Shown here one piece after another: positions 61,388 to 64,000 of a DNA stretch of 64,000 nt; position 1 is the stretch's first letter; the number at the start of each line of letters is the position of its first letter. Source of the stretch: an uncultured virus (IMG/VR IMGVR_UViG_3300008110_000249) (taxonomy: Duplodnaviria > Heunggongvirae > Uroviricota > Caudoviricetes); the IMG/VR virus record IMGVR_UViG_3300008110_000249; one strand, 5' to 3'. The translations under genes were made by a program, and so were the position numbers. Below the pieces are notes generated by a model. It was not told the origin of the DNA and did not search any database. It saw only the letters and a list, made by a program, of their open reading frames with translations.

Positions 61388-62659
61388 ATGGACACGATAA
61401 CAGTAGAAAGTTTAGTTAAACATGGTAAACATTTTTGTGTTTTGCCATGGGTCCATTTTCATAGTTGGCCTGACGGAAGAGTTCTTCCTTGCTGTGTGGC
61501 AGATAGCAATATGCCGGTAGCCAGTCTTAAAGATAATGAGTCAATTATTAATATGATGAACTCTGCCGATTATAAAAAGTTACGCAAAGCAATGATCAAC
61601 GATGAACCAGTTGAAGCATGTAAGCGTTGTTATGACCTTGAACTTATGGGTACATGGACAATGCGTCAATCTCATAATAAGCGGAAAGGTCTTGAGTATG
61701 TAAAATATATTAGCGAAAATACTCTAGATGACGGGAGCCTTATTGATTTTGAAATGAAATACATGGATTTGCGCTTCAGTAGCATTTGTAATATGAAATG
61801 CCGAAGTTGTGGTCCAGGATGCTCAAGTCAATGGGCACAAGAATTTGTTGATCGTGTGGGTATAGATAACTATGAAAAATACTTTCACACAAAAAAGATA
61901 GTGGTTAATGCATCAGAAGAAATGAGTTTTATGAACAAACTAAAACCCTATCTGAATGATGTAACTGAAGTTTATTTTGCCGGTGGAGAAATTGTAATTA
62001 CTCCTGAGCATTATGAATGTCTAGACTATTGGATTGAAAACGGAATAAATGAGACAATCGAATTAACATATACAACTAACTTTAGTACCCTAAAAGGGTA
62101 TAAAGATAAAGACTTGATTGAATATTGGAAAAAATTTCCTAAATTAAAAATTTGGGCTAGTCTTGATGCTCATGGTAAAGTAGCAGAATGTATCAGAAAA
62201 GGCACCGATTGGGATCGTATTGTTAATAACATTAAATTGTTAAAAGAACAAGTTCCCCATGCTGAATTTCAAATCACTCCTACTATTAGCATATGGAATG
62301 TATTTACTTTTCCTGATTTTTTTGACTATATGGTTAAAGAAGGCTTTATTGATACTAAAAGTAGTCCGCGTTTCAATTTAGCAACTAATCCATGGTATGC
62401 TAACATTATGATACTGCCTGTCAGTATAAAACGCAGACTGGCAGAACTATATCGAGTATATCAAAATCGTTATAAAGATAACATAGAAATACATAATGGT
62501 TTTAAAATGATAATTTATAATCTAACAGTTGGTGATGAAAACAAAAACGGTATCAAAGAGTTCATTAAATTTAACGAAGAATTAGATGACTTTAGAAAAG
62601 AAAAATTAGAAGATATTATACCCGAACTTAAAGAGGTGTTTGATTGGGCAAGAAACTAA
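61388..62659 (+). CDS. Radical SAM enzyme 4 with an N-terminal SPASM/twitch-like domain
   Basis: CNMKCRSC, FAGGE and FCVLPW..PCC..CKRC. Confidence 0.9.
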   Translation: MDTITVESLVKHGKHFCVLPWVHFHSWPDGRVLPCCVADSNMPVASLKDNESIINMMNSADYKKLRKAMINDEPVEACKRCYDLELMGTWTMRQSHNKRKGLEYVKYISENTLDDGSLIDFEMKYMDLRFSSICNMKCRSCGPGCSSQWAQEFVDRVGIDNYEKYFHTKKIVVNASEEMSFMNKLKPYLNDVTEVYFAGGEIVITPEHYECLDYWIENGINETIELTYTTNFSTLKGYKDKDLIEYWKKFPKLKIWASLDAHGKVAECIRKGTDWDRIVNNIKLLKEQVPHAEFQITPTISIWNVFTFPDFFDYMVKEGFIDTKSSPRFNLATNPWYANIMILPVSIKRRLAELYRVYQNRYKDNIEIHNGFKMIIYNLTVGDENKNGIKEFIKFNEELDDFRKEKLEDIIPELKEVFDWARN

Positions 62660-63624
62660 TTGCTATTGAAGCACCAGAGCGTTATGTTGCCATCACGTGG
62701 CAAGTAAATAACTTCTGCAATTTTAAATGTAGTTACTGCAACCCTGGCAATTGGGGAGGCAGTAACCGCAATGAAGGTAACTTAGACAAATACTTAGAAA
62801 ACTTGGGTATAATTGTAAATCGTTATCGTAGTGCAGGTTATAAGAATTTTAAGTTCTTTTTTAGCGGTGGCGAACCTACAGCATGGGAAAACTTTATTCC
62901 TATATGTGAGTGGATACATGAAACATTGCCTAAGTCTACACTAGCAGTCAATACAAATCTAAGCCGCCCTACTGCATGGTGGGAAAAGAACTATCATTTG
63001 TTCGATGACATTGTTGCTAGTTTTCACATTGAATTTGCAGACAAAAAAAGATATGAAGATAACTCAATACTACTTTGTGACAAAGTAAATTACCTTTCAT
63101 CTAAAATACTCATGCATGAAGAAAGATTTTGGGAAGTGGTGGAATTCGCTGAACATTTAAAAACAATAATGCCAAATTATTTTATTGAATGGACTCCTTT
63201 ATATGATGAACTAAGCCATATTACTGGACCATGGCAATATAAAGATCCTGCTAAAACAGAATTTTTTAAAACACACAATATTGAAATGAAATTCACACTA
63301 CCTAAACCGAATAAAAGAACTGAAAATACTGTTAGTTACAACAAATATTCTGATAATTCTACTCAGTTTTGTAATGCGAATGAATTAATTGTTAATGGAG
63401 AAAACTTTTTTAATGGCTGGAATTGTGATGTAGGTGACTGTGTTTTTATTAACCCAGTAGGTGATGTTAGTTTGGCTAGTTGTGGATTGGGGGGTTATGT
63501 AGGACATATTTTAGATGATATATCTAGAGTAATGCCTAAACAAATTGTATGTAGCAAAGATATGTGTATGTGTGGAACTGATATCAACATACCTAAATTT
63601 TATAACACAAAGGCAATGAAATAA
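62644..63624 (+). CDS. Radical SAM enzyme 5 with a C-terminal twitch-like Cys cluster
   Basis: CNFKCSYC and SGGEPT; C-terminal WNCDVG..SCG..CSKDMCMCGTD. Confidence 0.9.
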   Translation: MGKKLIAIEAPERYVAITWQVNNFCNFKCSYCNPGNWGGSNRNEGNLDKYLENLGIIVNRYRSAGYKNFKFFFSGGEPTAWENFIPICEWIHETLPKSTLAVNTNLSRPTAWWEKNYHLFDDIVASFHIEFADKKRYEDNSILLCDKVNYLSSKILMHEERFWEVVEFAEHLKTIMPNYFIEWTPLYDELSHITGPWQYKDPAKTEFFKTHNIEMKFTLPKPNKRTENTVSYNKYSDNSTQFCNANELIVNGENFFNGWNCDVGDCVFINPVGDVSLASCGLGGYVGHILDDISRVMPKQIVCSKDMCMCGTDINIPKFYNTKAMK

Positions 63625-63625
63625 G

Positions 63626-64000
63626 ATGAGTACCAATTATAGTCCTATAAAAATAGTGTATAATTGGATAGGTCCTAAAGGACCTATCCCTAATACAGAA
63701 ATTCCTAATTTATTAAATTTGGGCAGTACTATGGATGATGTAACTGTTTTTGGCAACAAATTTTGGGCAGACAATATATGGAGTGGTATATTTTGTAATC
63801 AATCAGGATACGACCTTAGTCCGGCTACTTATTTAGACCAAAATACCGCATTTGTGTACCCCTTCACATTAACATGGAGAATACCTTTTCTTACCTATTT
63901 TTATAATGATTGCGGTTTATTAGAATACGGATATACTTCTAACCAGATAAAACATTTAGTAAGATTACATAAAGGATATTTCTTATTGGATGCATCGGCC
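63626..64000 (+). CDS. Hypothetical protein, truncated by the window end
   Basis: ATG 1 nt after the upstream stop; open for 125 codons (MSTNYSPIKIVYNWIGPKGPIPNTE...). Confidence 0.75.
   Translation, partial: MSTNYSPIKIVYNWIGPKGPIPNTEIPNLLNLGSTMDDVTVFGNKFWADNIWSGIFCNQSGYDLSPATYLDQNTAFVYPFTLTWRIPFLTYFYNDCGLLEYGYTSNQIKHLVRLHKGYFLLDASA

Noticed and set aside
4551..61395. Numerous short antisense ORFs in the track (e.g. 4551-4871, 8588-8941, 23602-24018, 28358-28762, 56567-56862)
   Set aside because: They lie wholly opposite well-supported genes, lack RBS or promoters, and show no recognisable motifs.
1..64000. Stop-codon reassignment (alternative genetic code)
   Set aside because: The standard code gives near-complete coding density. 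The gene breaks are frame changes, not in-frame stops.

Overview
This is a fragment of a large, AT-rich T4-like (myovirus) phage genome read with the standard genetic code. It covers most of the virion morphogenesis region. On the minus strand are a Ser-Gly triplet-repeat fibre gene (runs off the left edge), the head module (major capsid gp23, scaffold gp22, protease gp21, acidic core protein, portal gp20) and a tape-measure-like protein with a GH73 muramidase domain. Next come hub genes, then a recombination/late-transcription block (Hjc-type resolvase, gp46, gp47, gp55 late sigma). On the plus strand follow the baseplate genes (gp48/54-, gp53-, gp27-, gp5-, gp25-, gp6-like), a giant ~6,600-aa virion protein split in two, fibre genes, and a tightly coupled operon of 3 GT-A glycosyltransferases plus 5 radical SAM enzymes. 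The most notable observations are: (1) a ~500-nt, densely base-paired, multi-domain non-coding region (14107-14612) with minus-strand G-U bias, a candidate large phage ncRNA I cannot assign to a known family; (2) the late glycosyltransferase/radical-SAM operon, plus stand-alone sulfotransferase and SGNH genes, a possible virion- or surface-decorating pathway; (3) apparent internal deletions or frame breaks in three structural genes (portal, gp6, giant protein), most likely assembly gaps; (4) a Cys-His-Asp papain-like gene with a capsid-targeting-like N-terminus behind gp23; (5) probable leaderless late genes. All family assignments rest on motifs recognised by eye; no searches were run.
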